From an uncultured Verrucomicrobiae bacterium (GTDB taxonomy: Bacteria; Verrucomicrobiota; Verrucomicrobiia; Chthoniobacterales; UBA10450), in contig CAWGFS010000017.1 of the NCBI GenBank assembly GCA_963821915.1, forward strand, positions 8,178 to 72,177: DNA of 64,000 nucleotides, written 5' to 3'. Below, in pieces: positions 18,211 to 29,246 of the stretch. Both the position numbers and the translations under genes were made by a program. Under the pieces are notes generated by a model. It saw nothing but the letters and a program-made list of their open reading frames with translations, ran no database searches and was not told the DNA's origin. The stretch's first letter is position 1. Each line of letters opens with the position of its first letter.

Positions 18211-18324
18211 TAAATTGATCCTGTTGCCTTTCTCCCCAAACGTGACCCTTACGACCGGTACCCAGCTATGCGAAATTTCGCCGGAAAATGAGCCGGTTTC
18301 CGGCCGGTTGCTGCGTTATGAGGT
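18211..18324 (+). promoter_or_regulatory. Conserved leader, second copy (palindrome GCGAAATTTCGC at 18270-18281)
   Basis: See 16393-16505. Confidence 0.35.
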
Positions 18325-19476
18325 ATGAAACCATTCTATTTCGCAAAAAGGAAACTCCAGCTTGTGCCGGCGGCGACCATCCTGATCGCCCTGGCAATAT
18401 CCATCCCACTGTCGGCGCAAACCGTTACCACCTTTGACGCGCCAGGTGCGGGTACGGGTGTCTTTCAGGGCACCTACGCCTTCAATATCGCCCCGTCTGG
18501 GACGATCATAGGCTATACACGGGACGCAGCCAATGTGCGCCACGGTTTTATCCGGTCCCAGCATGGCAGCTTTCACCATGTTCGACGCGCCGGGCGCAGG
18601 CACGGCCGCCGGTCAGGGGACGCGGGCCTACGCAACCAACCCCAGTGGGGAAATTACGGGATTCTTCCTGGACTCCACCACGGTAGCTCACGGCTACGTT
18701 CGCTCCAACCAAGGCGTGATTACCGTTTTCGATGCGCCGGGCGCGGGCACGGGGCCTTTGCAAGGGCACGTTTCCTTTTAGCCCGCTCATCATTAATCCC
18801 AATGGGGCAATCGCAGGGTATTACGTGGACTCGTCCGGTGTAAGTCACGGTTTTCTGCGCGACAAGAATGGCGCCATCACTGACGTTTGACGCTCCCGGC
18901 GCGGGCACGGGCCCGGGCGAGGGTACGTTTAGCTACGCGATCAGCCAAACTGGGGCGATCACGGGATACTACTTTGACAGCGCCGATGTGAGCCACGGTT
19001 TCCTGCGTGATAGGAACGGCGTCATTACCACCTTCGATGTTCCAGGCTCCGGCACAGCCCCTCTTCAGGGCACCTATGGTGGGGGCTTTACTCCGAGGGG
19101 AACCATCATGGGAAATTACTTCGACGCGAACAATCTCAGTCACGGTTTCCTGATGGATAGGAATGGCGCCTTCACCACGTTCGATGCGCCGGGCGCGGGC
19201 ACCGTCCCGGGTTCGGACGACGGTACCTACCCCTTTGGAATCAACGCGAACGGCGCGATCACCGGATGGTATGTTGACAATGCAGATGTAAATCACGGCT
19301 TTGTGCGCGGTAAGCACGGCGCCATCGTCGAGTTCGACGTTCCGGGCGCGGGCGCGGGCGTCTTCGTCTTCAGCATTGCTCCAAGCGGGGCGGTGACGGG
19401 ATATTTCTTCGACGCGAACAACGTGGTTCACGGCTTCGTGCGAGAAGCGCATGGAGGCGCGGTAGGGTTGCCCTAA
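18325..19476 (+). pseudogene. HG-repeat protein paralog with three +1 frame disruptions
   Basis: The repeat pattern runs through f1 (18325), f2 (18533), f0 (about 18760-18880) and f1 (18868). Each step is a +1 shift. Confidence 0.75.
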
Positions 19477-19754
19477 TTTTCCGGACAGTAAGCCTGACCG
19501 ACCGAAGCCGCTACGTAAACGCCGTAGTCTTCCTGAATCATCGCCAACGAAATATTGAGGCCGGCACTGAGCCCGGTGAAGGTGTAAACCGGGCCTTGCA
19601 TAAGCGGTCCTGTCCAAACAGCGCACAAGGAAAGAACTCTAGTAGCAATCCGGTTGTGTTGCGAAGCGCTATAGAGATGCGACAAGGCATCGACGCGCGA
19701 GGCGATGAACTCTGGCTGGACGCCTCGGCACGAGATGCGTTAGGCTTTGTCGTT

Positions 19755-20352
19755 ATGGCAAGGGTTCGCACGGAGAGGCCCATGCCGTCCCCCGCGGCGC
19801 CGTTGACTCCTGCTCTTGTGCCTGAGGCGAATCATGCCGAGCGCAACGATGCGGCCGCGATTAGCGAGATGATGCCGGATGTTTACGAAGACTTGCGTCG
19901 TCTGGCCGAGACCTTTCTGCGGGGCGAACGGACCGCTCATACGCTTCAGCGGACGGCGCTCGTCCATGAGGCTTTTCTTCGCCTGATTGGCGAGAAGAAT
20001 CTTGTCTGGCAAAATCGTAGTCACTTTATCGGAATCTTCGCGCGGGTGATGCGACAGACGCTGACTAATTACGCGGTCGCGCGACACCGTTTGAAACGAG
20101 GCGGCTCGGATCCTCTGAGACTTACTCTCGAATTTTACGATAGCCGCAAAATTGATGTCACTGCGCTCGACGAGGCATTGCAGACGCTGGAAGCTCTGGA
20201 CGAGCGACAGGCGCGCATCGTCGAACTGCGGTTTTTCGGCGGGCTGACGGTCGAGGAAACAGCCGACGTTACTGGAAATTTCGCCGGCCACGGTGAAGCG
20301 GGACTGGACCCTGGCGAAAATTTGGCTTCGGCGAGAACTATCTGCGAATTAG
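19755..20352 (+). CDS. ECF-type sigma-70 factor (TIGR02999-like), with one +1 disruption near 20271
   Basis: DLRRLAETFLRGERTAHTLQRTALVHEAFLRLIG is the region 2 signature. After ETADV the true frame reads LEISPATVKRDWTLAKIWLRRELSAN and stops at 20350-20352. The start is uncertain. Confidence 0.8.
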
Positions 20353-20367
20353 GAATTCAAATTCTCC

Positions 20368-23349
20368 GTGACCACAAAAACTACTCGATTCGGGCAAGGG
20401 AACGTCGATCCGCAACGCTGGGATCGTTTGAAAACGATTCTGGGCGAAGCGTTGGAACAAAACTCGTCAGCGGCGCGGATTGCCTTGGTGGAGAAACGCT
20501 GCGGTCAAGATACGGATTTGCTCGAAGAGGCCGAGTCGCTCCTGGCCGAAGCGGAGACGCTTCTTAAGGAGCGTACCGACAGCTTCGAAGATTGCGCCCA
20601 GAACGCAGCCTCCACTTTCTGGCAGGAGGGACCGCCGCGCGGCGGAGAGCGCGTGGGCGCGTATGTCATCGTCCGTGAACTTGGCCGTGGCGGGATGGGC
20701 ACAGTTTTCCTGGCAGAGCGCGCTGATGGTCAATTTGAGAAACAAGTCGCGATCAAGATACTGAATCGAGGCGCCGACACGGCTGAGATCCTGCGCCGTT
20801 TCCGAGCGGAACGCCAGATCCTGGCCAGGCTCGATCACCCAAATATCGCGCGGCTGCTCGATGCAGGCACGACCGACGATGGTCTGCCCTACTTCATCAT
20901 GGACTACATTGTCGGCGCACCGGTGACTCGATTTGCAGTCGCGCAAAGGCTGTCGACGCGTCAACGACTGGAGTTTTTTTTGAAGATCTGCGCCGCGGTG
21001 GAGTTTGCGCATCGGAATCTGGTTGTTCATCGCGACATCAAGCCGAGCAACATTCTGGCGAACGCAGAAGGGGAACCGAAGCTGCTCGATTTCGGGATCG
21101 CCAAGCTCCTGGCGAAAGACGAAGACGCGGCGCAATTGACTACCGAGGCACAGCAGCATCTGACACCTATCTGCGCGTCGCCCGAACAGGCGAAAGGAGA
21201 TCCGATAACAGTCGCGACTGATATTTACTCGTTAGGTGCGCTGCTCTATGAAATGTTGAGCGACCAAAAGCCGCACCGGTTTTCCACTGCCCGTCCCACG
21301 CGTGAGGAACTGGCCTTGGTGGTAGGTGAGCAAATTCCGCCGCCGCCCAGTGCGGTTGCTTCTGATGCGCAAACCGCACGGCTGTTGCGCGGTGATCTCG
21401 ACGCGATCGTCCTGTTCGCGATGCGCAAGGAACCCGAGATGCGTTATGCCACAGTAGCAGATCTCGCGGCTGATATTCGCCGCCATCTCGCGCGAGAGCC
21501 GGTTGTCGCGCGTCACCCTACTCTTGGTTATCGCGCGAAGTGTCTGGTCAAGCGAAATGGATCACGTCTCGTGGCGAGCGCGGCTGTCGTGATTGTGCTG
21601 GCCGGAGTTCTGTTCGCGTTTTGGGCTCGGTCTCAACAAAATGCCCGTGAGGCGGCGGGCATGGGGCGCGGGCAGTCAGTGCACCAGCCTCGGATATCCG
21701 GAAAAGTATTGCAGTCCTGCCCTTCGAAAACCTGGGTGACAACAACTCTCCGTCATATTTTGCCGATGGTGTTCAGGACAATATTCTGACCGATCTCGGC
21801 AAAGTGGGAGATCTGAAGGTCATCAGCCGCAGTGGTGTCGCAGCCTACCGGGGCAAGAATAGAAACATGAAGCAGATCGGGCGCGACCTGAGCGTTGCGA
21901 ACGTGCTGGAGGGAAGCGTGCAGATTTCGGGCGATCGCGTGCGGATTAACGCCCAACTCATCGACACCCAGACAGACAGCCAGATTTGGGCGGAGCAATA
22001 CGATCGCAAATTGGAGGACATCTTCGCGCTCCAGAGTGAGCTCGCGCAGACGATCGCAGCCCAACTCAAAGCAACCCTCTCCACCGGCGAAAAGGCCGAG
22101 ATTTCGAGGCAACCCACGCAGGATTTGCAAGCCTACGATCTTTATCTCCGCGCCCGCGCCGCCTTCCGCGGTGAAGGTGGAGCTATGTCGCGCGAGAATT
22201 GGAACGTAGCGGTCACTCTTCTCAACAGGGCGATCGCTCGCGACCCAAAGTTCACTCTCGCCTATTGCCTGCTCAATGAGGTTTACGTCTTACAGTACCG
22301 TTTTGGAGAGGATCATTCGCCGCAGCATCTCGCTGCCGCGAAAGATGCAGCGGAGACAGCGCTGCGGCTCGAGCCAAATCGCGAAGAAGCACGCCTTGCT
22401 CTTGCTCGATACTATTATCATGGGTTGAGCGACTACCGCCGGACGGAGCAGGAATTATCAAGTATCCCTTCTTCCGCGCCTCATGAAGTTGAGTTCTTTA
22501 CCCTGGCTTCATTGGTCGAACGCCGTTTGGGGCAATTTGCGGCATCGATTCGCGATGGCGAAAAAGCGGTTGAGCTTGATCCTCAGAATGCGTCGCTCAC
22601 TACTAGCCTCGTGCAGACGTATTCGGGGTTGAGACGATTCGGCGATTCGGAGCGCGTGGCGAACGCAGCCCTTGCGCGCCTGCGTGGAGCAAAGCCGAGA
22701 GGACTTCTGCTGGTGAAGAACGAAGCGGCACTCGCGCTGGAAAATGTAGAAGAAGCGCGTGCCGCGCTCGATTCAATCCAGGATAAGGACGACATGGATT
22801 ACCAAGCCGCGCGACTCTGGCTCTACTTGATAGAAAGAGATTACGCTGGAGCCGAAGCCTTCGCCGCAAAGGCGACTGACGAAACAAAGAGAGTGCCGGA
22901 TTTCTGGCTCACCCTGGCAGCAGTTGCTCATGCGTCGGGCAAGGTAAACGAGGAGCGTCAGGCCAATGAGGAGGCGAAGCGCTCGGCACTACTTGCGCTC
23001 GGGCCGCGGCCAGATGACCCCGGACTCCTTGGTGCACTATCGGTCGCCGAGGCTGGGCTCGGCCAAAACGAAGAGGCACTCCGTCATGCGCGTCAAGGCG
23101 CCGAGATACTTCCGCCGAGCGTGGATGCAGTGTCTCGGTCCCAGCTGTGAAATGCGCCTCGCGCAAGTGTTGGCTATGACGGGAGACCGTGATGGCGCTT
23201 TCGACAAATTAGGCAAACTGGTGAAGCTGCCGTTTGGTCTGAACCACGGCGATTTGAAATTGAATCCCATGTGGGATGACCTTCGAGACGATCCCCGCTT
23301 CGATCGTATCCTGGCGGAGTCTGCTTTGCCTCCGGCGAGCGACGGCTAG
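20368..23349 (+). CDS. Ser/Thr protein kinase with TM segment, periplasmic TolB-N-like/TPR sensor region and conserved C-terminal tail; at least 2 frame disruptions (about 21640-21700 and about 23130)
   Basis: Kinase motifs VAIK, HRDIKPSNIL, DFGIAKLL and SPEQ. Then a TM segment, then IAVLPFENLGDNNSPSYFADGVQDNILTDLGK, then TPR repeats (ORF 21804). The C-terminus GLNHGDLKLNPMWDDLRDDPRFDRIL is in ORF 22966. Confidence 0.85.
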
Positions 23350-23471
23350 CGCCCCGTTCGGTGTCCATTGGCATTCCTTAAGGTGGAACCTAGAATTAGC
23401 TACTTCACGAGGATAGAGCGATTCTCCCGACCATAAAAGGCGAGAGCAGGCCCTATCGTGCGCGCGACACC

Positions 23472-23828
23472 ATGATCATTTACAAAGTTGAGATAACCAT
23501 TGAGGCCGCCATCGAGTTGGAGTGGTCCGACTGGATGAAGCGGGTCCATGTTCCTGATGTGGTCCGCACTGGGTGCTTCTCCGAGTGTCGTATCTATAAG
23601 GTCATCGACTCCGCTGCAGCCGATCCGACCTATGTGATGCAGTATCATTGCCAATCGATCGAGGAGTATTACCGCTACCGGGACAGTTTTGCCCCGGCCC
23701 TCCAGAAGGAGCACTCCGACCGGTTTGCCGGGCGCTTTCGAGGTGCCCGCCAGCTCCTCGAGGAGGTCGCCCAGGCGATGGCCGCGAACGCTGAACCGGG
23801 ACGGATTCGGGTCGGGGACGTGAACTGA
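23472..23828 (+). CDS. DUF4286 family protein
   Basis: MIIYKVEITIEAAIELEWSDWMKRVHVPDVVRTGCF...PTYVMQYHCQSIEEYYRY matches the DUF4286 pattern. Confidence 0.75.
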   Translation: MIIYKVEITIEAAIELEWSDWMKRVHVPDVVRTGCFSECRIYKVIDSAAADPTYVMQYHCQSIEEYYRYRDSFAPALQKEHSDRFAGRFRGARQLLEEVAQAMAANAEPGRIRVGDVN

Positions 23829-23901
23829 CTTCGCCGCGTGGGGCACTCTCAAATGTCGCCCACGTAGAGTTTCCCGATCTCGCTCGCGCTACGGACCAAA
23901 G

Positions 23902-23934
23902 GCCGCAGGCCTCACAAGACCTGCGGCGTTTATT
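23902..23934 (+). terminator. Rho-independent terminator candidate
   Basis: GCCGCAGG-10 nt loop-CCTGCGGC followed by GTTTATT, in the spacer between convergent genes. Confidence 0.55.
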
Positions 23935-23958
23935 GGCCGTAGTGCAGACTATGCAGCC

Positions 23959-24300
23959 TCAGTCCACCACAACGTGATCAACTGTCTTCACACCCGCGTT
24001 GTTAGCAAAGTAGACATGCACATGGGTGCCGGGCCTGAGTGCGGTTTGGACTACTTCACCTTTGCTGTTGAACACATGTCCGGGACCGTCGAGAACGTAT
24101 TGGCCCCCACCCTCGTTGCGAATAACGAGAGTTTTGGGAGGCTGATAGCTTGCAGCCTCGCCTCCTTCAACCGTTGTGGTTGGGCTTGTTCCCGTCACTG
24201 TGACTCCCTTTTCTATAACAGCTACTCGAACCTTGTCCGAAGGCCAGCGGCGCAATCAATGCGCAGCAGGCAATACTGATGATTACTGTCTTCGTTATCA
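23959..24300 (-). CDS. Small secreted protein of unknown function (one frame disruption near 24235)
   Basis: GGAGG RBS, then signal peptide MITKTVIISIACCALIAPLA (ORF 24167-24355), continued in ORF 23959-24255 (DKVRVAVIEKGVTVTG...). Confidence 0.5.
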
Positions 24301-24882
24301 TAATTCCTCCATGAGTTGATTGTTGCATCTTATCGGTCGTCGGATGCAATCGCATAACACGTGCCGCGGGGTGTATTTCAACGCAACAACCTACATTCGA
24401 AGAACTTAGCGGGAGGTAGACCTTTCTTCGCGTAAGCCCACTTTCCCGAAGACGGGATTATCTTGCATCATCTTCGGGAAAAACTGAACCCTTCACGTCC
24501 TAGGCCCATCGGTTACCTGGATGCTACAACGGTTGTAGTAGCTCTCCTATGGAGTCTCTGTGCGCCTTTTACAGATAGACGGCTACGGTCGCCACGACCT
24601 CGACGATTTCGTGAAATGTTATCTCGAAGGGACGAGCTTCCGCTCCTAGGACCTGCAAAAGCGGCTCCCTCCGGAGAATCGGCACGCCGTAATGCGGATT
24701 TAGCCCTCTGGATCGGTGTCGGTCCCGGCTGCAGTCGAGTCTTGGAAACGACAGCGCCCCGTTTCGCTCCAGGCTGCTTCCTGAGTTTTTCCGGGCGCCT
24801 GACTTTCCGGTTTCCTGGTCTGATGTTCCGCACCGGTGCCCACGCGGCTTTTCTGCCTGTCAGATAATAGAGAGCGGTGACG

Positions 24883-25473
24883 CTATTTCTTATCCAGGAG
24901 CGGGAGGTACTTTTCGTAGCCCTTATCTTTCATCTCCTCTTTCGGGATGAAATGGAGGGCGGCGGATGGAATGCTGTAGCGCCGGCCGGTGGGCGATTTC
25001 GGGTCGCCGAAAAGATGGCCCAGGTGGGCGTCGCTCCGTTTCGCACGCACCTCGATCCGCTGCATCCCCTCGGAGTTGTCGGGTTTCTCGACGACGATGT
25101 CGTACGAGATCGGTTTGCTGAAGGACGGGACGCCGAGGCCGCTATCGTATTTGTCGAGCGAAGTGAAGAGCGGCTGGCCGTCGATGACATCGACGTAGAT
25201 CCCCACGCGCTCATTGTTCCAATACGCGTTCTGGAATGGCGTCTCGCTGCCGCCGCGTCGCACGACATTGTATTCCTCGGCTTTCAGGCGGGCTTTTATG
25301 ACGGCCTCGCTCGGGACGGGCCGGTTCGGATCGAAGCCTGTGGTCTCGCTTTTCTCCTTCTGGATGAGGACGAAGAAGTAGATTGCCAGGGCAGTGAGCA
25401 CGACCGCAATGCCGACACCGATGTAAATGCTGAGGGTCGACTTTTCCTCGATGGTAATTCGGCCGCCCTTCAT
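24883..25473 (-). CDS. Membrane-anchored MsrB (SelR)-fold protein lacking every cysteine of the MsrB active and zinc sites
   Basis: Clear MsrB similarity (GSETPF, KYDSG.G.PSF, GMQRIEVR, DAHLGHLF, PTGRRY). The catalytic RYC is RYS and both CxxC pairs are replaced. The N-terminus has a TM helix. Confidence 0.8.
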   Translation of the reverse strand: MKGGRITIEEKSTLSIYIGVGIAVVLTALAIYFFVLIQKEKSETTGFDPNRPVPSEAVIKARLKAEEYNVVRRGGSETPFQNAYWNNERVGIYVDVIDGQPLFTSLDKYDSGLGVPSFSKPISYDIVVEKPDNSEGMQRIEVRAKRSDAHLGHLFGDPKSPTGRRYSIPSAALHFIPKEEMKDKGYEKYLPLLDKK

Positions 25474-25861
25474 CAGATCGTGCTCAGGTTATTGCAATGA
25501 ATTTGCCACGTTGCTCAGTCATTTTTCTTGATCGGGGGAGGATCTGATTTCGGTTCACTCTCAATTAGTTGAAATGACGCCCCGAGGTCAAATCTAAAAC
25601 TGCGGAATTTCAGTCCCGCCTGGCCGGCGATCGATCGCGATCGGTCCTTGGGAGCGAAGGCAGCAGCGAAGGCAAGCGGAAGCGGTTGGCCTACAATCCT
25701 GCGGCGTTTCTGATTGAAACTCGGTCAGAGGTCCAAAAGTCCTATTTTGTCGGAATTTTGTCCTAGTATTTACTGATTTTCCGGGGTTTGCCGGTTGACC
25801 CAAGGATTCTCAGGTCAACGGTAAAGGAGATTCAAACTAGAAAGGAATCATCATCAGCATC

Positions 25862-26873
25862 ATGAAAGCAAAAAAACTGTTTATTCACATTCTCGCGGTA
25901 TTGATTTCACTACCGCTCATCGGAAGCCGTTGCGCAGGCAGCAACGATTGAAGTGCTGGAGACGTTCGATTATCCCGGAGAGGGAAACGCAACCCTCCCC
26001 AGAAGATTAACGACCACGGAGTCATCGTCTGGCGTTGTGATCGACATCAACGGCGTTGCCAAAGGCTTTTTCCGGGCGCGCAACGGCAGGTTCAGCGACG
26101 CGTTCGTTGAGCCCAACGACACGGGCAACCTTACTCAGGGCCGGGGCATCAACAACCGCCGGACAATTTGTGGGGAATACCTGAACGGAAGCGATGGCAT
26201 CTTTCACGGCTACTTCCTTTCGCACACCGTCTTTACTGAATTCGATGTCGCCGACGCACTGGACACGGTACCTTGGGAATAAACAATGCCGGCGACTTTG
26301 TCGGTAATGTTATCCTCAGTGACGGCACCTCACCGGCCTTCGTCAGTCTAAGCGGAACCGTCACGTGAATTCGCCGTCCCGGACGCAACCACGACTCTGG
26401 CTTATCAAATCAATACTTCGGACCAGATCGCGGGTTACTACATTGACGCCGCAGCGGTCACTCACGGCTATCTCCGTGAGAGCGACGGTACCCTGACCTT
26501 TCCGGTCGATCCTTCTGATTCGACCGGAACGATTCTGTTTGGAAATAACGATTCGAATTGGGTCGTAGGCAGGTATGCTGATGGCGCGGGCGTGACCCAT
26601 GGACTCTTCTTCATGACGCCGGGCGATTTCGTGACCTTTGATTTCCCAGACTCAACCTTCACCTCGCTCAATGGGATCAATCGGCAAGGATTCATCTGCG
26701 GGCGCTACGTTGACGCGGCCGGGATTACCCACGGATTCCTGGCGAAGGTTAATCCCAACGCCACGAGTGAACCTAACCGCAACAACCTGCCTTTGGCGCC
26801 AGTCAAGCTGCCCAACCCTCGCTTGAGACCTTGCGACCAGGGGCGCCGGCCTTATAGGTCTGATCCGTCCTGA
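25862..26873 (+). pseudogene. Third HG(F/Y)-repeat secreted paralog, at least 3 frame disruptions
   Basis: Signal peptide MKAKKLFIHILAVLISLPLIG, then repeats (FHGYFL..TVFTEFDV, THGYLRESDGTLTF, THGLFFMTPGDFVTFDFP, THGFLAKV). The frame path is f2-f0-f2-f0. Confidence 0.6.
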
Positions 26874-27056
26874 CTTGGTTTCGAACCTCTAGCTCACACT
26901 AAGCAAAGCGAGTGGGTCGGTCGCGCTTACAAATCCAATATTGGATAGTGCGGCCGACCTCTGGCTGTCGCGAAACACAGCGCCGACATTGCCCTTGTTG
27001 GCTGATAGTCGCGCCAGCTTTGAACAGGTTTCTCGCCCGTCCCCGCTCAGCCTAAT

Positions 27057-28424
27057 CTACTGGGAATTAAGGTAGCGCGCCAGGGCAAAGTTGGCGAATT
27101 GATTACTGAAGGTGGCTTGAAATCCGACGGCCACGATCTTCCCATCCGACTGAAGAGCGGCCCCGTTGGCTCCGCCATTCAGATCGCCAAACGAGGTTCG
27201 CACTTTGCCGCCGACACCGAAGGTGGTGTCGAGCGAGCCGCGCGGACTCAAACGCGCCAGCAAGAAGTCGGCGTCGGAGATCTCGGTGTTCGCATAACCG
27301 ACGGCAATGATCTTGCCATCGCTTTGCAGCAGGACCTTGTTGGCACTCTGGCAGCAATTGCCGAAGTCGATTTGGGTTTTCCCGTCGCGACTAAAGGTGG
27401 TGTCGAGGACGCCGTTTGAGGTATAGCGCGCGACGGCGAAATTCTGGACTCCGCCGCCGTGGGAAATAGCGAATCCAGCAGCGACGATCTTGCCATCGGG
27501 TTGAAGCGCGGCCGAGCGCGCCCGATCAAAGTTTTGATCGCCGAAGTCTGTCCGCACTTTCCCGGCGACACCGAATGTCGTATCGATCGTGCCATTACTG
27601 AGATAACGCGCAGCGGCGAAGTCGTAGAAAGTCGCAGGGTCATTGGCGGAGCCGACTGCGACAATCTTTCCGTCGGGTTGGATCAAGACCGAAAAGGCAT
27701 CGTCTTCGAAACCGACAAAATCGGTTGAGACCTGGCCGCCATTGCCAAATGTGGCGTCCGGCGTTCCATCCGGGTTGTAACGCGCCAGCGCAAAATCGGT
27801 ATCGGAAGACTCGCCAATGATGAAATCTACGAAGACGGTCCCGGCGGCAATGATCTTGCCGTCAGCCTGCAAGGCCACGTCGGACGCGTAACTCCCTGCG
27901 GGAAAAATCGTCGTCACGATGCCGCCGTCGCCAAAGGAAGTATCGAGCGATCCGTTCGGGTTATATCGGACCACTTCGAAATTGCCGAGAAAGGTAAAGA
28001 GCGGAAAGGCGCCGCCCGCGACTACAATCTTGCCGTCAGGCTGGATAACCACTGATGACGGCACCGCGGCCAGGCCCGGGAAATCTGTGTCGTACTTTGC
28101 CCCGGTTGCCAAAGGTGGTGTCGAGCGTGCCGTCGGTATTGTAGCGGGTGACGACAAAGTCTTCGTCCGAGAAATCATTGTTTTTATAGGTTGTCCCGAC
28201 GACGACCAATTTGCCATCAGCCTGGATCGCCACCGCCTTGGCAATGTCGGTGCTTTGACTAAGATCGGTCATGACCATGCCGCCGATCCCGAAGGCGGGT
28301 CGAGGTCTCCGTCGGCCGCCTGCGCCATCTGGACACTTGCGAAGAAGGTTAAGATGATTGCGGCCGCGCCGAGCTCGCGGAAGCGAGCGACGAATCGGTA
28401 AAGTTTTGAGTTGGTGATTTGCAT
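27057..28424 (-). CDS. Delta-60 repeat protein (TIGR02608-like), secreted; 2 frame disruptions near 28240-28290
   Basis: Repeated NGSLDTSFGDGG / DGTLDTTFGNRGKV / NGTIDTTFGVAGKV motifs every 50-60 aa, with the signal peptide in ORF 28269-28463. Confidence 0.75.
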
Positions 28425-28596
28425 GGATGTCCTTTTGTTTTCTACTAATTCATATAGACCCAAAACGCGCCGTTTTGCGCGAAGTGTTTCGTAACAACTC
28501 TGTTACAAGTCGCGCGGGAGCTGGAAGACGTCTGCGGCAGCGAGGTTCTGTTTGCCGCGAGGCCAGCGGTTGAGTATCCGTTATCAGCGCACCCGG

Positions 28597-29091
28597 ATGT
28601 CGATCGTTACAACATATCTTGAGATGCGTTCGCCGGATCAGCTTCGCGCAGCGCGCTGCGCAGATGAGCGCTTTCAAATCCGGCAGAAGAAAGAAGCCGA
28701 CTGGCGGTTCAATCGCGATCTCTATTTTGCCGTCGGTGAGCGCTGGTCATGGATTGATAAACGACCGTGGACCGATGAGCAGTGGAAGGAATACGGGCTC
28801 GCCCCGGAGTTGCGGACATTCGGCGCCTACCATGGCGACTCTCTCGCGGGTTATTACGAATTGCGTCGGGACAACGAAGGCGGGGTCGAGATCGCATACT
28901 TCGGACTGTTGCCGGACTTTCTCGGACGCGGACTCGGCGGGGCGTTGCTCACGAGTGCGATCGAGGAAGCGTGGCGGATGTCGCCTTCAGTCACCCGCGT
29001 TTGGTTGCACACCTGCACCCGCGATCATCCGCGGGCACTGGCCAACTACCAGGCCAGAGGAATGGCGATCTACAAGGTGGAAGACGAGTAG
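28597..29091 (+). CDS. GNAT family N-acetyltransferase
   Basis: Acetyl-CoA binding motif LLPDFLGRGLGGALLTSAIEEA. The ORF track start is 28552 and the ATG at 28597 is more plausible. Confidence 0.8.
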   Translation: MSIVTTYLEMRSPDQLRAARCADERFQIRQKKEADWRFNRDLYFAVGERWSWIDKRPWTDEQWKEYGLAPELRTFGAYHGDSLAGYYELRRDNEGGVEIAYFGLLPDFLGRGLGGALLTSAIEEAWRMSPSVTRVWLHTCTRDHPRALANYQARGMAIYKVEDE

Positions 29092-29246
29092 AGCTGATGC
29101 GTTGATTCGAAAGGGCGAGCTCCCGCTCGTCCGCGGACGCGCAGAAGCGCGTCCCTCCGCCGCCCAGGCTTCGAGGCGACCCGGGAATTTCGGTAATGGG
29201 CTTTATTGGATTGACGCCTACCAACGAACCTGCTCGGAATCGCGCC

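Larger units (their letters stand above)
18211..19888 (+). repeat. Tandem segmental duplication, unit 2
   Basis: See 16393-18066. Confidence 0.8.

Noticed and set aside
24433-24808. Possible RNase P RNA (CCGGAAAGTCAGGCG, CAGGTAAC...GTGAAGGGT, GGGCTTAC) or SRP RNA (GGAAGCAGCC) on the minus strand.
   Set aside because: Only short box-like matches were found. I could not build P1-P4 pairing or the J11/12 and L15 elements of RNase P, nor the GNRA-capped helix 8 of SRP RNA. It is left as an unassigned candidate, not called as a gene.
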